Shown here in pieces: positions 36,689 through 46,712 of a stretch of DNA of 64,000 nt (within the stretch, counting starts at the first letter, position 1; the number at the start of each line of letters is the position of its first letter). Where the stretch lies: contig CBFIET010000056.1 of NCBI GenBank assembly GCA_965661685.1, positions 19,465 to 83,464 of the forward strand, in the 5' to 3' direction. The position numbers were made by a program, and so were the translations under genes. This DNA comes from Planctomycetota bacterium (GTDB taxonomy: Bacteria > Planctomycetota > UBA8108 > UBA1146). The notes under the pieces were generated by a model. That model was not told the origin of the DNA. It made no database searches and was given only the letters and a program-made list of their open reading frames with translations.

Positions 36689-38395
36689 TCATTCGCTCTC
36701 GCGCGGCCTCTTGGTCACATTCACGTAGTAGAGGTCGGTCGCCACCGCGAAGCGTTCCTGACCCAGCTCGGTCGCCAATGTTTGCCACTCGGTGGTGGGG
36801 GAGAGCTGCTGCCAGCTCGCTTTCTCTCCCGCCAGGAGCTGCCCATCCAAACCGGGGCCGACCAGGATCGGCATGGCGAAACCGGGTACGTCCGTTTTCC
36901 AGCGGTAGGAAACGCTGTTCTTGGCGTCATCGAAAACCAGCTCGAGAAGCGGTAGATTCGCGTGGCGCAGGTACTGATCGAACACCGGTTGGAGGTCCAT
37001 CCCGAATCGTTTGTTGAAGAGCTTCAGGATGTCGTCGGTCTCGATGCTCTGGTACTTGAAGGTATCGTAGACCTCGCGCACCAGCGCCCACCACTTGTCA
37101 TCGTCTCTCAAAACGTTGCGCAGGGTGTGTAGAAACAACGCACCCTTGAAGTACTGATCCCCAGGAGGTTCTCGATGCGTCCCCTTTTGCGTGATGATCG
37201 GTCGCCGATTGGCAACCTTTCCCTGATAACCGTTGATGTACTTCAGGGCGTCTGAGTATCCGAACAGTTTCTCGACGTACATGCATTCGAGGTAGGTGGT
37301 CCATCCCTCGTGAATCCACATGTCGCACACATCGGCAGCGGTAACCGCGTTGCCGAACCACTCATGGCCGCTCTCGTGGATGATGATGAAGTCGAACTTC
37401 ATGCTCACGCCAACGCCGGTCCAGTCGTTGCCGAGGTAGCCGTTGGTGAATCGGTTGCCGTAGGTCACGGCGGATTGGTGCTCCATCCCCGAATAGGGGA
37501 CCTGTATCAGCTTGTAGCCATCCTTGATGAAGGGGTACTCGCCGAAGTAGTGCAGGAACGCCTCCATCATCGGCTTTGCCTGGGCGAATTGCTTCTTGGC
37601 CTTCTCGAGGTCTTCCGGCAAGGCGTAGTAGTCGAGGGTCAACTCACCGAGTTGATCAGAAAAGTGCTCGTAGGCCGCAATGTTGATGGAAACGTTGTAG
37701 GAGTTGATCGGATAATGGACTCGCCACTTCCAGCGTGTGAACCCGTCTCCCAGATCTTCCTTACCGATGAACCGACCATTGGAAACATCGGTCAACCCGT
37801 TGGGGACTGCCACGCTGATGTCCATACTCTCGACCTCGTCGCGCCACTGGTCCTTACAGGGCCACCAGTAACTCGATCCTGGTCCTTCGCACGCCGTGTA
37901 AATCCACGGGCGACCGGCCGGATCCTCATCGAAACTGATACCGCCGAAGCGACTACTGCTCTTCGGAGCACCCGAGTAGTGGAAGTCGATGCTGTAGTTT
38001 TCTCCCGCTTTGAACCCTTCGGGGTTGTCGACGAATACCGCATTGAACTCGCGCTCGAAGGGAAGTTCCCTGGAACCGAGCACGATCTTGTCGACGGCGA
38101 GCTCGCTGTTCAGGTCGAGCTGGATACGATCGTCGTCGGACAGCATCCGAAAACCGATGGTCACCTTGCCACCAATCGTCTTGCTCTCCGGTGACACGCG
38201 GATGTCGAGGTGGTAATAGGTGAGATCGTTGTTGGCGCGATAGCGCCCGTACTCACCACGCAACTGTCGCTTACGCAATTGCGCTTCCGATTCCGGATCC
38301 TGGACCCCGGACAATGGCTCCGATCCAGGGCTGGCAGCGACCCCCATTCCTGGAGATGTACAGAGCAGCATCAGTGCAAGTAGGATCGTGTTCAT
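36689..38395 (-). CDS. M1 family zinc aminopeptidase, secreted
   Basis: Signal peptide; YSGMEHQ exopeptidase motif; HESGHEW and WIHEG (HExxH-x18-E); YFKGA. Confidence 0.93.
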   Translation of the reverse strand: MNTILLALMLLCTSPGMGVAASPGSEPLSGVQDPESEAQLRKRQLRGEYGRYRANNDLTYYHLDIRVSPESKTIGGKVTIGFRMLSDDDRIQLDLNSELAVDKIVLGSRELPFEREFNAVFVDNPEGFKAGENYSIDFHYSGAPKSSSRFGGISFDEDPAGRPWIYTACEGPGSSYWWPCKDQWRDEVESMDISVAVPNGLTDVSNGRFIGKEDLGDGFTRWKWRVHYPINSYNVSINIAAYEHFSDQLGELTLDYYALPEDLEKAKKQFAQAKPMMEAFLHYFGEYPFIKDGYKLIQVPYSGMEHQSAVTYGNRFTNGYLGNDWTGVGVSMKFDFIIIHESGHEWFGNAVTAADVCDMWIHEGWTTYLECMYVEKLFGYSDALKYINGYQGKVANRRPIITQKGTHREPPGDQYFKGALFLHTLRNVLRDDDKWWALVREVYDTFKYQSIETDDILKLFNKRFGMDLQPVFDQYLRHANLPLLELVFDDAKNSVSYRWKTDVPGFAMPILVGPGLDGQLLAGEKASWQQLSPTTEWQTLATELGQERFAVATDLYYVNVTKRPRESE

Positions 38396-38417
38396 CGGTT
38401 TCCCTTCCTCCGAGGGG

Positions 38418-38744
38418 TCATTTTAGTCGAAGTCCGCAGTCGCTGCAGGTCTCCGATTCACCCGCGATGGTTCCGCAGGCGGGACAGGCATCTTCGGCGG
38501 CGTTGTCGTCCGATGCGTCTGCCGTCGATTCCCACTCCCGTGCCGCCTTCTCCTGCAATAAGGCCATTGCCGCCGGTGCTTCTTCCTTCGCGACCGCGAG
38601 GATCAACTTGGTTCCTCAGCCACCCGGTACCGGTGTGACCCGGGGAGAGACCCCGGTAGATTCCAGCAATCGGGCAGCTTCCCGGATGCCGTCGAGAGGT
38701 CCCTGGAGGAGGTCGACCCAGTCATCGTCATGATCTTCGTTCAT
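38418..38744 (-). CDS. 108-aa candidate selenoprotein (U43 from TGA 38618-38616) with C-terminal zinc ribbon
   Basis: ATG overlaps the nfo stop (TGATG); MNEDHDDDWVDLLQGPLDGIREAARLLESTGVSPRVTPVPGG-TGA-GTKLILAVAKEE..CPACGTIAGESETCSDCGLRLK; hairpin follows the TGA. Confidence 0.75.
38584..38602 (-). promoter_or_regulatory. Putative bacterial SECIS element of the small UGA-containing gene
   Basis: mRNA UCCU-CGC[GGUC]GCG-a-AGGA; starts 13 nt after the UGA, apical loop at 20 nt; GGUC core as in the E. coli fdhF SECIS loop. Confidence 0.65.
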
Positions 38745-39661
38745 CAGGAAAGTACCTTCTTCTTGCCCAGTTTGCGCAGCAAGGCGAGGTTCTTGCTGTC
38801 CATGTCATCTTCCTTGGCGGTTTCCAGCATCTTGGGGATGCCACCGAAGCGATCGTCGTTGATCAGCAATTCGAAGCCCTTTTTGCCGATCAGGCCATCT
38901 CCGATGTGCATGTGTCGATCGAGGTGACTGCCGAGATCTCCCTTGCTGTCATTGAGATGCAGTGCGAAGACTCTTGCTGCGCCGATGGTCTTGTCGAGTT
39001 GCTTCATCGTCTGCTGGTATCCCTCGGCATCTCGAAGTTCGTACCCGGCGGCAAACATGTGACAGCTATCGAGGCAGGTTCCGGTTCGATCGGGATCATC
39101 GATGGCAGCCAGAAGGTCACGGAGTTCCTCGAAGGATCGACCCATCGTCGTTCCACCACCGGCGGTGTTCTCGAGGAGCACTCGCGTCGTGACCTGTGGG
39201 ACCCTGCGGAAGCACTCCTGCATTCCAGCAGCGATTCGTTCGATGGCGGCGTCGACTCCGCTTCCCACATGAGCCCCTGGATGCATCACCAGGTAGTCGA
39301 GACCGAGCATCTCGGCGCGCTGCAGTTCATCGGTGAAAGCATCGATGGACTTTTGAAACAGTTCTTCCTTGGGAGATGCGAGATTGATCAGGTAGGAATC
39401 GTGGCTGGTGACCGGATGAGATCCCCACTCCGCCACCGCTTCACGAAAGCGAACAGCTTCCTTCTCCTCGATCGGTCTCTGGATCCAGCGGCTGGCATTC
39501 TTGGTGAAGATTTGCAGCGAGCGTAGCTTCAACTGCATCGCTTCCGCCACCGCCTTCCAGCTGCCGCCGGAGACGGACAGGTGGCTACCCAGGCACAGGC
39601 GATCGGCATCGTCTTCGAAGGTCTTGCGTACAGTTCGCTTTCCCGGTGCAGCGGGACTCAT
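38744..39661 (-). CDS. nfo: Endonuclease IV (AP endonuclease)
   Basis: LGSHLSVSG, QIFTKN, HDSYLINL, MHPGAH, LLENTAG, CLDSCHMFAAG, HLNDSK, DRHMHIGDG, LETAK. Confidence 0.96.
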   Translation of the reverse strand: MSPAAPGKRTVRKTFEDDADRLCLGSHLSVSGGSWKAVAEAMQLKLRSLQIFTKNASRWIQRPIEEKEAVRFREAVAEWGSHPVTSHDSYLINLASPKEELFQKSIDAFTDELQRAEMLGLDYLVMHPGAHVGSGVDAAIERIAAGMQECFRRVPQVTTRVLLENTAGGGTTMGRSFEELRDLLAAIDDPDRTGTCLDSCHMFAAGYELRDAEGYQQTMKQLDKTIGAARVFALHLNDSKGDLGSHLDRHMHIGDGLIGKKGFELLINDDRFGGIPKMLETAKEDDMDSKNLALLRKLGKKKVLS

Positions 39662-39678
39662 CGTGCTCCTCGTTTCCT

Positions 39679-40344
39679 TCAGTCAGCGATCAATTGATCG
39701 AGCTGGTCGACCCACAGGTCAGGTTCCGGTGGAGATGCCGTGCCGTAGCCACCGCGTCGCCCGATGGTGCGAACTCCCGCAGCGATTCCGGTCGAAAAAT
39801 CGACGGCAGAATCTCCCACCATGACAGCATCCCGTGGGGCACATCGTAATCGTTCGAGGATTCCGAGCAATCCGCTCGGATCCGGTTTTGGTATCCCGAC
39901 GTCCTCGGGTGAGACCACCTCTGCCCAGGGACCGTGTAGATCGAGGCGAGGACGCAGCGTTGCGGTGACGCGGCGAGGCTTGTTGGTGAGGATCGCTACC
40001 GGTGTCTGACGATTCCGTAGATGGTCGAGGAGTTCTATCGATCCCGGCAGCCAGCGGATATCCCTGGAGGAATCCTCTGCGATCTGACAGTAGATCGCCA
40101 TGAACTGCTGGTACTGATGCTCGACACTCTCTCCATCCTCGAGGATGTCGGAGAGGATTCTCTGGCACAGTACCCTGGCACCATCTCCCACCGCAGCCCG
40201 CACCGTATCCGTGGAATGTAGCGTGGCGGATCGAGATTCCCGTAGCCGATTGACCGCCTCTGCGATGTCGCCGATGGAGTCAATCAGCGTTCCATCGAGA
40301 TCAAAAACGATGCAGCCGCTCGGGAGGGGGAGTGGATTGTTCAT
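39679..40344 (-). CDS. HAD-superfamily phosphatase (phosphoglycolate phosphatase-like)
   Basis: FDLDGTLIDS, LTNKP, KPDP, MVGDS; ATG 40344 overlaps the upstream stop. Confidence 0.9.
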   Translation of the reverse strand: MNNPLPLPSGCIVFDLDGTLIDSIGDIAEAVNRLRESRSATLHSTDTVRAAVGDGARVLCQRILSDILEDGESVEHQYQQFMAIYCQIAEDSSRDIRWLPGSIELLDHLRNRQTPVAILTNKPRRVTATLRPRLDLHGPWAEVVSPEDVGIPKPDPSGLLGILERLRCAPRDAVMVGDSAVDFSTGIAAGVRTIGRRGGYGTASPPEPDLWVDQLDQLIAD

Positions 40345-42347
40345 ACTGCGGTAGGTGATTGCCCCGAGGGTCGTGTGTACGAATCCTTGTCGAAGTAACG
40401 GTGAAGAAGAGAGATGACGATGATGACCGTCTCCAGCGCATAGAAGATGTAAAGGATGCTCTGAATGCCATCGGTGAAGCCATAACTGTGCAGCCCGACG
40501 CCGAGGAGATTTACACCCCACCAGGAAAAGGCCACGATGATGGCATTGATGAGGACCAGGATGTGGAGACCCTGCTCGCGGATGAACCCACTCATGCGGG
40601 CGTGAAGGATCACCAGTTCTGCGAGACAGATCATCAGGGCGCCATTCTCCTTTGGATCCCATCCCCAGAATCTGCCCCAGGAGTAGTTGGCCCAGATCCC
40701 TCCCAGGATGGTGCCGACGATGCTGAAGAAGAGCCCGAAGCAGATGGTTCCGTAGACCATGCGAGTGATGCTCCGATAGAAATCACCATCGCCTTTGCGG
40801 AATCCGGTCAACTTCCCCAGCAGCCACACGTGCGAGATGGCCGCAGCCAGCAAACCTGCGGAGTATCCAAGGGTTACCGAGGTGACGTGGGTGGAGAGCC
40901 AGAAGTTTGTGTCGAGTACCGCGACCAGGCTCGGCATGGTGTCTCCCGCGGTGACCGCCTCCTTCATCTCGTACTTGATGGAAAGGAAACAGCCGATCGA
41001 TCCGAGCACCGTGGCCATCGTCAGGGCGATCTGGCGTCGATCGAAACGCTCGATGAAGAGCGCTGTCAGGACACAGCAGGCGGTGATGAAGAGGATCGTC
41101 TCGTAAAGGGTCGTGACCGGGGGACGTCCCTGGATGACACAGCGAATCGTCACTCCGACCACCAACAGGATCAGTCCCAGCAGGCTGAAGGTCCAGCTTC
41201 CCCGGCTGGAGAGAGGTGAATCGGGTTTCATCCAGCCGAGACAACTGATCACGAAGGCGAGCATGAAGCAGATCAGTGCCTTGAAGAAGAAGTCCCACCG
41301 ATAAAAGGTGGTTTCCAGTGAGACGTACTCTCCCTGGCCATGGTTGGTTGCCAGTGCCATCAACATCGATTGAACCTGGATCGCCTTTTCCTTGAAAGCA
41401 GGTCGATCGTCACGTAGTGCGACCATCTCTTCGATAGCCTGCAGAGCTTCCGACTGACGTGGCTGGGCATTCATCGTCAGGGCAGATTCGAGAATCCCAT
41501 CGGTGCGGCTCCAGATGGGGGGAGGCGCATCCTTTCCCGTCTGGACCTGCTCGGGAGCGAACCATGCGATTCCCCTGCGAGCGATCTGCAACTGGACCAC
41601 CAGTTGGGAGCGAAGGTCATCGAGAATGGCGATCACCTCGGTCTGACGCTCTTCTGGTAACTCCCGTAACTTCTCTGGATCGGTCAGGTTGGCGAGACGA
41701 TCGACTCCGGCGATCAACGGTGAGAATCCTGGTCGGGGTTCGACCCCGAACACCTCCTGAAACTCGGGTGCCGTGAACAGTGGAAGCTGATTTCGGGCAG
41801 AATCGAACCCGTACAGCAACTCCTCCAGACTGCCGAGATTCTGTGCGAGTTGCACCGTCTGTCTTTCGACGACACTCCAGGTCTTTGAATCCTTGCTGTT
41901 CTGGATACGACTGGCACTGCTGAAGATCTCATCGAGAACCGGGGCCAGCTGATCGTAACTCCAGCGAGAACTTCTCTTTCGCCCCGAGACATCGAGCCCG
42001 ACCGAGGTGAGAACTTCTGCGTTGGAAACCAGAATGCACGGGTAGGTACGGGCAATTTCGGGGTACAGCAAGAAATCGAGGGCCCAGGCGGTTGGCCCCA
42101 GCTTGTCTCCGGCGATGGTCACCGAACGCTTGCCGTTGATCTTCAGCATGGTGAAGCCGGCGAAGGTGCCGAACGGCTTCACTCGACCCCCGTGTTGAAG
42201 GGGCCAGCGAGCGATGCAGTCGAGCGTTTCTGTATCCCAGGAGGCTCGACTCCTGGCAGTGTTTTCTTCGACTGCCGCGTCTTGACCCTCCACCGCAGCA
42301 GGGATGACCAGAAGCAGCATGGCGAGAAGAGAAACAAGACACCTCAT
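40341..42347 (-). CDS. ccsA: System II cytochrome c synthase, CcsA/ResC family, with large periplasmic N-terminal domain
   Basis: STHVTSVTLGY, GGIWANYSWGRFWGWDPKEN (WWD domain), LHAR, GVGLHSYG. Confidence 0.92.
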   Translation of the reverse strand: MRCLVSLLAMLLLVIPAAVEGQDAAVEENTARSRASWDTETLDCIARWPLQHGGRVKPFGTFAGFTMLKINGKRSVTIAGDKLGPTAWALDFLLYPEIARTYPCILVSNAEVLTSVGLDVSGRKRSSRWSYDQLAPVLDEIFSSASRIQNSKDSKTWSVVERQTVQLAQNLGSLEELLYGFDSARNQLPLFTAPEFQEVFGVEPRPGFSPLIAGVDRLANLTDPEKLRELPEERQTEVIAILDDLRSQLVVQLQIARRGIAWFAPEQVQTGKDAPPPIWSRTDGILESALTMNAQPRQSEALQAIEEMVALRDDRPAFKEKAIQVQSMLMALATNHGQGEYVSLETTFYRWDFFFKALICFMLAFVISCLGWMKPDSPLSSRGSWTFSLLGLILLVVGVTIRCVIQGRPPVTTLYETILFITACCVLTALFIERFDRRQIALTMATVLGSIGCFLSIKYEMKEAVTAGDTMPSLVAVLDTNFWLSTHVTSVTLGYSAGLLAAAISHVWLLGKLTGFRKGDGDFYRSITRMVYGTICFGLFFSIVGTILGGIWANYSWGRFWGWDPKENGALMICLAELVILHARMSGFIREQGLHILVLINAIIVAFSWWGVNLLGVGLHSYGFTDGIQSILYIFYALETVIIVISLLHRYFDKDSYTRPSGQSPTAV

Positions 42348-43549
42348 CGTGCACTCTCCTTCACTTTGCTCGTTTGCTTCTTGCTGTAGGCGAGAAACTT
42401 CTGGATGAATGTGATGGCCATACCGACAGCGATGACGATGCATGAATAGAGTGGCCACTGGTCTGATGGATTGCGAACCACCGAGAAGACACTGAACAGT
42501 TCATCCTCCGGGGCGGCATTGGATGGTCCCCAGCTAGACTGGAACAGGATGAGCCCCTGATCTCGTAACGGATCGTTCATCTCGATGCGGATCTTGCGCT
42601 GGTCCCCATCCTTGACCTGGGTCACATCGCTGCGGAATTCCTTCGCCATGGCGATTCCCGGGTGATCGACCTTTTCGAAGTTGTCGAGGCGGATCGAGTA
42701 GGGCATCGAGTAGCGAACTTTCCTCAGTGCTACGGCATAGATCTCGTCGTCGAGGGAGAAGGTCCACGGGAATTTCTCCCCACCCCAGAGAAGTGCAGTT
42801 TTCTTGAGTCCAGCATCGTTGGAGACCTCCACCACCATGCCGGGGAGGTTCTGCTCATTTTCAGGATTGAGTTGCGATTCGAGCAGGGCCCACCCATCCA
42901 CCTCTTCCGAGGAAGGAGTCCATCGAGGTCCGACAGGCTGGGGGGAGCAGTTGATCAGGGGCGTTCTCACCTGCAACTGGAAAGGGGTCTCGGTGGTGGA
43001 ATCGATGGTCAGTGGAGCACCATTCAACCAGCGAGATTGGTGAACACGATGCTCGTGGATCTCGGCCTGATCGGGATTGGTCTTGAAGACGGCCAGTTCC
43101 CAGTGGTGGTGACTGATATATTCCGCCGCCTGCTGAGTTTCCCACAACCTGAGGTAACCCTCATCGGAAGCCTTCAACTTCACAAGGCCCGCCAGCATCA
43201 TGATGGCGATTCCAACATGGATGATGAAGATGCCGATGGTTCTACGGTTGACCCTCAGCCGCAAGACACCGCCGACCAGCAGGTTGATGGTGAAGCAGAC
43301 CATGCACAGAAGACCCCCGGGGAGTGGGACCGGAATCTGCAGTGAGAAGACGTTGAAGGTGTGGATCAATCCCCACGATTCGAAGTATGTTTTCTGGACC
43401 TTGTAGAGGCCGTGTTGCGCCTGCTCAAGTGTTCCGAGAAAGGTCAGCAGGAGCAGCAAGGCCATCAGCACCGCTGCCACCTTCTGGCTTCCCAGAAACT
43501 TCAGGAATCTATCGATCAATCGGGTGAGATCGTCTCTGTCCTTGCTCAC
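42344..43549 (-). CDS. ResB/CcsB-like cytochrome c biogenesis protein
   Basis: FLGTLEQ, three TM with conserved His (IIHVGI), PYSIRLDNF, MNDPLRDQG; coupled to ccsA. Confidence 0.85.
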   Translation of the reverse strand: MSKDRDDLTRLIDRFLKFLGSQKVAAVLMALLLLLTFLGTLEQAQHGLYKVQKTYFESWGLIHTFNVFSLQIPVPLPGGLLCMVCFTINLLVGGVLRLRVNRRTIGIFIIHVGIAIMMLAGLVKLKASDEGYLRLWETQQAAEYISHHHWELAVFKTNPDQAEIHEHRVHQSRWLNGAPLTIDSTTETPFQLQVRTPLINCSPQPVGPRWTPSSEEVDGWALLESQLNPENEQNLPGMVVEVSNDAGLKKTALLWGGEKFPWTFSLDDEIYAVALRKVRYSMPYSIRLDNFEKVDHPGIAMAKEFRSDVTQVKDGDQRKIRIEMNDPLRDQGLILFQSSWGPSNAAPEDELFSVFSVVRNPSDQWPLYSCIVIAVGMAITFIQKFLAYSKKQTSKVKESAR

Positions 43550-44703
43550 CGGACCACCTCCAGCGAAGTGGCCAGTTGCATCATCAACGGTCGTGCGGTT
43601 TCCATCTCATCGATGGGGCCGACCATCTTCACGAAGACTGCGCGGTCGGGAAGGATCCGGATGAGACCTATCATCTTCCAGTTCTCCTTCGGTGTACTCC
43701 CCATGCTGGAGTAGGGACCGACCCCTTCGATCACCAGGGCGTCGTCACCCAGCATCGGTTCGGTGGCGAGTTGTGCGAGTTGCTCCTCTTCGAGGGGGTC
43801 TAGGCTCAACTCCTTTCGCCAGCGGTTGGCGTTGGCCAGTGCCCCGCCTCCATCTCCGCCCAGCACCGTGATCCAGCAACGGGTTTCCTCGCCGGCGACA
43901 AAGGTCACTTCGCGCATCGGCTTCGGAGGGTCGATGGTCCAGCCCTCGGGTACCTGCCAGGAGAGGGACGAGGATGGCGTTGGAGATTGCTCTGGTGCCG
44001 CCGCTTTTCTTTCGAGCCGGATGGAGGAGGTGAAGTTGGAGAGCGCATCGCTCTGCTCCGTTAGTAGCGATCGGGGACCGATCGCTTTCAGGAACAGGGT
44101 GCTCTCTCCAATAGGCAGAAGATGAACTACCATGCGCGCATCTTCGACTCTCCTGCCAGTGAAGGAATCGGTGTAGGTGCCGTCGACCTGGAAGAGAGAG
44201 GAGAGTGCCCCCAGAAGTGGAACCTTGGGAAGGGCGGTCAACTCTTCATCGGTCGGTGGAGTCGCTTCCATCTGCTTGCACCAACGATCGATGTTGTCCC
44301 GTAGCGAACCTCCCCCGGGAATCACGGTGAGATAGCACTCCGCAGAGCGATCGCCAGCGATCAGCAGATTGATGTGGCGCATCGAGGTGGGTGCGACTTC
44401 AACCCAGCCTTCGGGCAGTTGATATTCCAGGGTCGGGGGAGCTTGAGCGGTATCCTGAGACGGTGGCTGTTCACGACCGAATCTGCGGGCGTCGGTGGCT
44501 CCTGGAAGAATCGGATGGACAACCTCGGGAATGATCCGGACGTCGTCATAACTTCCGTCTGATTTTCTGGTTCCATCACAGGAGCAGAGACAGAGGCAAC
44601 TGGTGATGAGCAAGAAGAGGCTGGCGAAGAAATTCTTCGAGCAGTCGATGGAATCACCACCGACTGCCGAGAATCTCCGTGTACTGCGTAGTCCGCAATT
44701 CAT
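43546..44703 (-). CDS. Lipoprotein with duplicated domain, upstream of resB-ccsA
   Basis: Lipobox-like CLCSC; two repeats of P.GW..MR..C.(L/I)T..GG...N..RW; start 44703 or 44763. Confidence 0.7.
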   Translation of the reverse strand: MNCGLRSTRRFSAVGGDSIDCSKNFFASLFLLITSCLCLCSCDGTRKSDGSYDDVRIIPEVVHPILPGATDARRFGREQPPSQDTAQAPPTLEYQLPEGWVEVAPTSMRHINLLIAGDRSAECYLTVIPGGGSLRDNIDRWCKQMEATPPTDEELTALPKVPLLGALSSLFQVDGTYTDSFTGRRVEDARMVVHLLPIGESTLFLKAIGPRSLLTEQSDALSNFTSSIRLERKAAAPEQSPTPSSSLSWQVPEGWTIDPPKPMREVTFVAGEETRCWITVLGGDGGGALANANRWRKELSLDPLEEEQLAQLATEPMLGDDALVIEGVGPYSSMGSTPKENWKMIGLIRILPDRAVFVKMVGPIDEMETARPLMMQLATSLEVVR

Positions 44704-44710
44704 CGTCTGA

Positions 44711-45037
44711 TCATCCCTCGAGAGAAGTGAGTTTTTCCTCGATGGATGGCTTGGGGTGGGCACCCGATAACTTGTCTACTACTTCGCCATCTTTGAAGAA
44801 GAGCAGCGTGGGTACTCCCTGGATGCCGAATTTCACCGCCAGACCCTGCGCCTGATCGATGTCGACCTTGCCAACCTTGATCCCTTTTTCGGCGAATTCG
44901 TCTGCCAGTTGCTCCACGACAGGTGCGATCGTCTTGCAGGGTCCACACCAGGTGGCGTAGAAATCGAGCATTGCGGCTCCCTTGCTGATCTCCGAGTCGA
45001 AGTTGCTGTCATCGATGGTCAATAAGTTCCCGGTCAT
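44711..45037 (-). CDS. trxA: Thioredoxin
   Basis: DFYATWCGPC, GIQGVPTL; AAGGAG SD. Confidence 0.97.
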   Translation of the reverse strand: MTGNLLTIDDSNFDSEISKGAAMLDFYATWCGPCKTIAPVVEQLADEFAEKGIKVGKVDIDQAQGLAVKFGIQGVPTLLFFKDGEVVDKLSGAHPKPSIEEKLTSLEG

Positions 45038-45096
45038 CTCAATCTCCTTCTGGTTCCAGGGGCCTCGCGCAATACCAGACCCTTGCAGGCTCAATT

Positions 45097-45564
45097 TCAA
45101 TCGATCTCTTCAGTGAACTCTCGGTCTCGATTCCCGCCATCGGAGGAGGGAAGGGTGTGACCGGGCAGAGCGAGACGTTCGCTCTTGTCGCCGTGTAATG
45201 GTCTCCAGGCACGGATGATCTGGTCTCCAGGTCGCCACGAGAGCCATGCCATGCAATCGTTGACTTCACAGAGAAACTCGATGGTTGCGGTAGATAGATC
45301 CCTGAAATGGCCACCCACCTCGAGAATCTCCACCTGCAGCGAGTCTAACTCCTCCTTGAGTTTCCGGAAGCCCTCTCGCAGCGTCAACTGACTGGCGATC
45401 TCTCCACTGGAGTCATCGCGCCGAGTTCCCTGCATCTGAATCAGGTCCTGCTTGCGATCATTGAGTCGCACCAGATCCGCGCCGATCTTCTCGAGAAGTG
45501 GAATCCGGTCGTTGACCTCTTGTACGGTGAAGATTGGCGAAGCGTTCGTGGTTGATTCTGGCAT
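45097..45564 (-). CDS. DUF2203-like protein
   Basis: FTVQEVNDRIPLL..coiled coil..RDL..IEF..LSWRPGD..W pattern recalled for this family. Confidence 0.6.
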   Translation of the reverse strand: MPESTTNASPIFTVQEVNDRIPLLEKIGADLVRLNDRKQDLIQMQGTRRDDSSGEIASQLTLREGFRKLKEELDSLQVEILEVGGHFRDLSTATIEFLCEVNDCMAWLSWRPGDQIIRAWRPLHGDKSERLALPGHTLPSSDGGNRDREFTEEID

Positions 45565-45829
45565 GGTGCAACTTTCTCGATCTCTCCGAACGGGATCGGA
45601 ACGGTATCGGTTTCGCCTCCAGGGGAGTCTTGCTCCCACCGAGAGGTGTATTCCCTGTTCCGGAGGTGGTCCCGAGGGCGGTCGAGAGCTCGCTTCCGGT
45701 GTCATTTCCTGGGTCTATACTAGACATCCCATCCTCGTGGTGCAACGAAGGGAGCACTTTTCGTGTTCCCCACCTGGATTTCAAAGTGGCCTCGAATGGG
45801 TAGAATTTTCTTGCATGGAGGGAGTGGGG

Positions 45830-46696
45830 ATGGACGGGTCAGTTGATCTGGGTCGTTGGCGTGCCAGGACCATCGACGGGGGCGGTCTACACCTCGATGG
45901 GGGATCGATGTTTGGCTCGGTTCCACGGGTCGTTTGGCAACGTTGTATCGCTCCTGACTCCCAGCACCGGATTCCCCTGGCGACCCGGCTGCTACTCCTC
46001 GAGGACTCCGAGTCGCAGCGTATCGTCGTCATCGACGCGGGAGTGGGGGACAAGGAAGACGCAGGGTTCCGGGAACGCTTCGATATCCGCTTGCCTGCAG
46101 GGAGCGACGAGGCACCACTGAGGCGGTCGATCCGTGCCGCCGGGATCGATCCTGAGCGGGTTACCGATCTCATCCTGACCCATCTTCACTTCGATCATGT
46201 CGGGGGAGCCACCCAGCTCGACGGGGCAGGCGACTCGACGGCGGTGTTGCCGGCGGCGAGGCACTGGATCCAGGATTCCAACTGGCTCAACGGCCTCTCG
46301 CCGGGGGTACGGGAGAAGGCGTCCTATCTACCCGGAAACATCGAGCCGCTGGAGGGGGCGTCTGCCCTGGAACGGGTCGATGGGGACTGTGAGATTCTCC
46401 CCGGCATCTCGGTCGAGAGAGTCGACGGTCACACTGCTGGAATGCAGATCGTGAGGATCGAGGGAGGGGGAAAGGTGCTGCGATACCTCGCAGATCTGGC
46501 TCCTACTCGACACCACCTGAGAGTCCCCTGGACGATGGGGTACGACATCTGTGCCCACACGGTGGTGGAGGAGAAGGAGCGCATCTTACGGGCGGCGCTG
46601 GAGGAGGAGGCGTTGCTGGTACTGGAACACGATCCCCACTTCGCCTTTGCCGAGGTGGAAGAGGTCAACGGCCGTATAGGACCCCGCGACAGCTGA
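45830..46696 (+). CDS. Metallo-beta-lactamase fold hydrolase (YtnP-like)
   Basis: LDGGSMFGSVPR, THLHFDHVGG, GHTAG, ADLAPT, GYD, EHDP. Confidence 0.9.
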   Translation: MDGSVDLGRWRARTIDGGGLHLDGGSMFGSVPRVVWQRCIAPDSQHRIPLATRLLLLEDSESQRIVVIDAGVGDKEDAGFRERFDIRLPAGSDEAPLRRSIRAAGIDPERVTDLILTHLHFDHVGGATQLDGAGDSTAVLPAARHWIQDSNWLNGLSPGVREKASYLPGNIEPLEGASALERVDGDCEILPGISVERVDGHTAGMQIVRIEGGGKVLRYLADLAPTRHHLRVPWTMGYDICAHTVVEEKERILRAALEEEALLVLEHDPHFAFAEVEEVNGRIGPRDS

Positions 46697-46712
46697 AATC
46701 AACATCTCCACC

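Noticed and set aside
38418-38606. 62-aa TTG-start ORF as the whole gene
   Set aside because: It leaves 137 bp after nfo unexplained, whereas an in-frame ATG overlaps the nfo stop and the intervening codons read as ordinary protein
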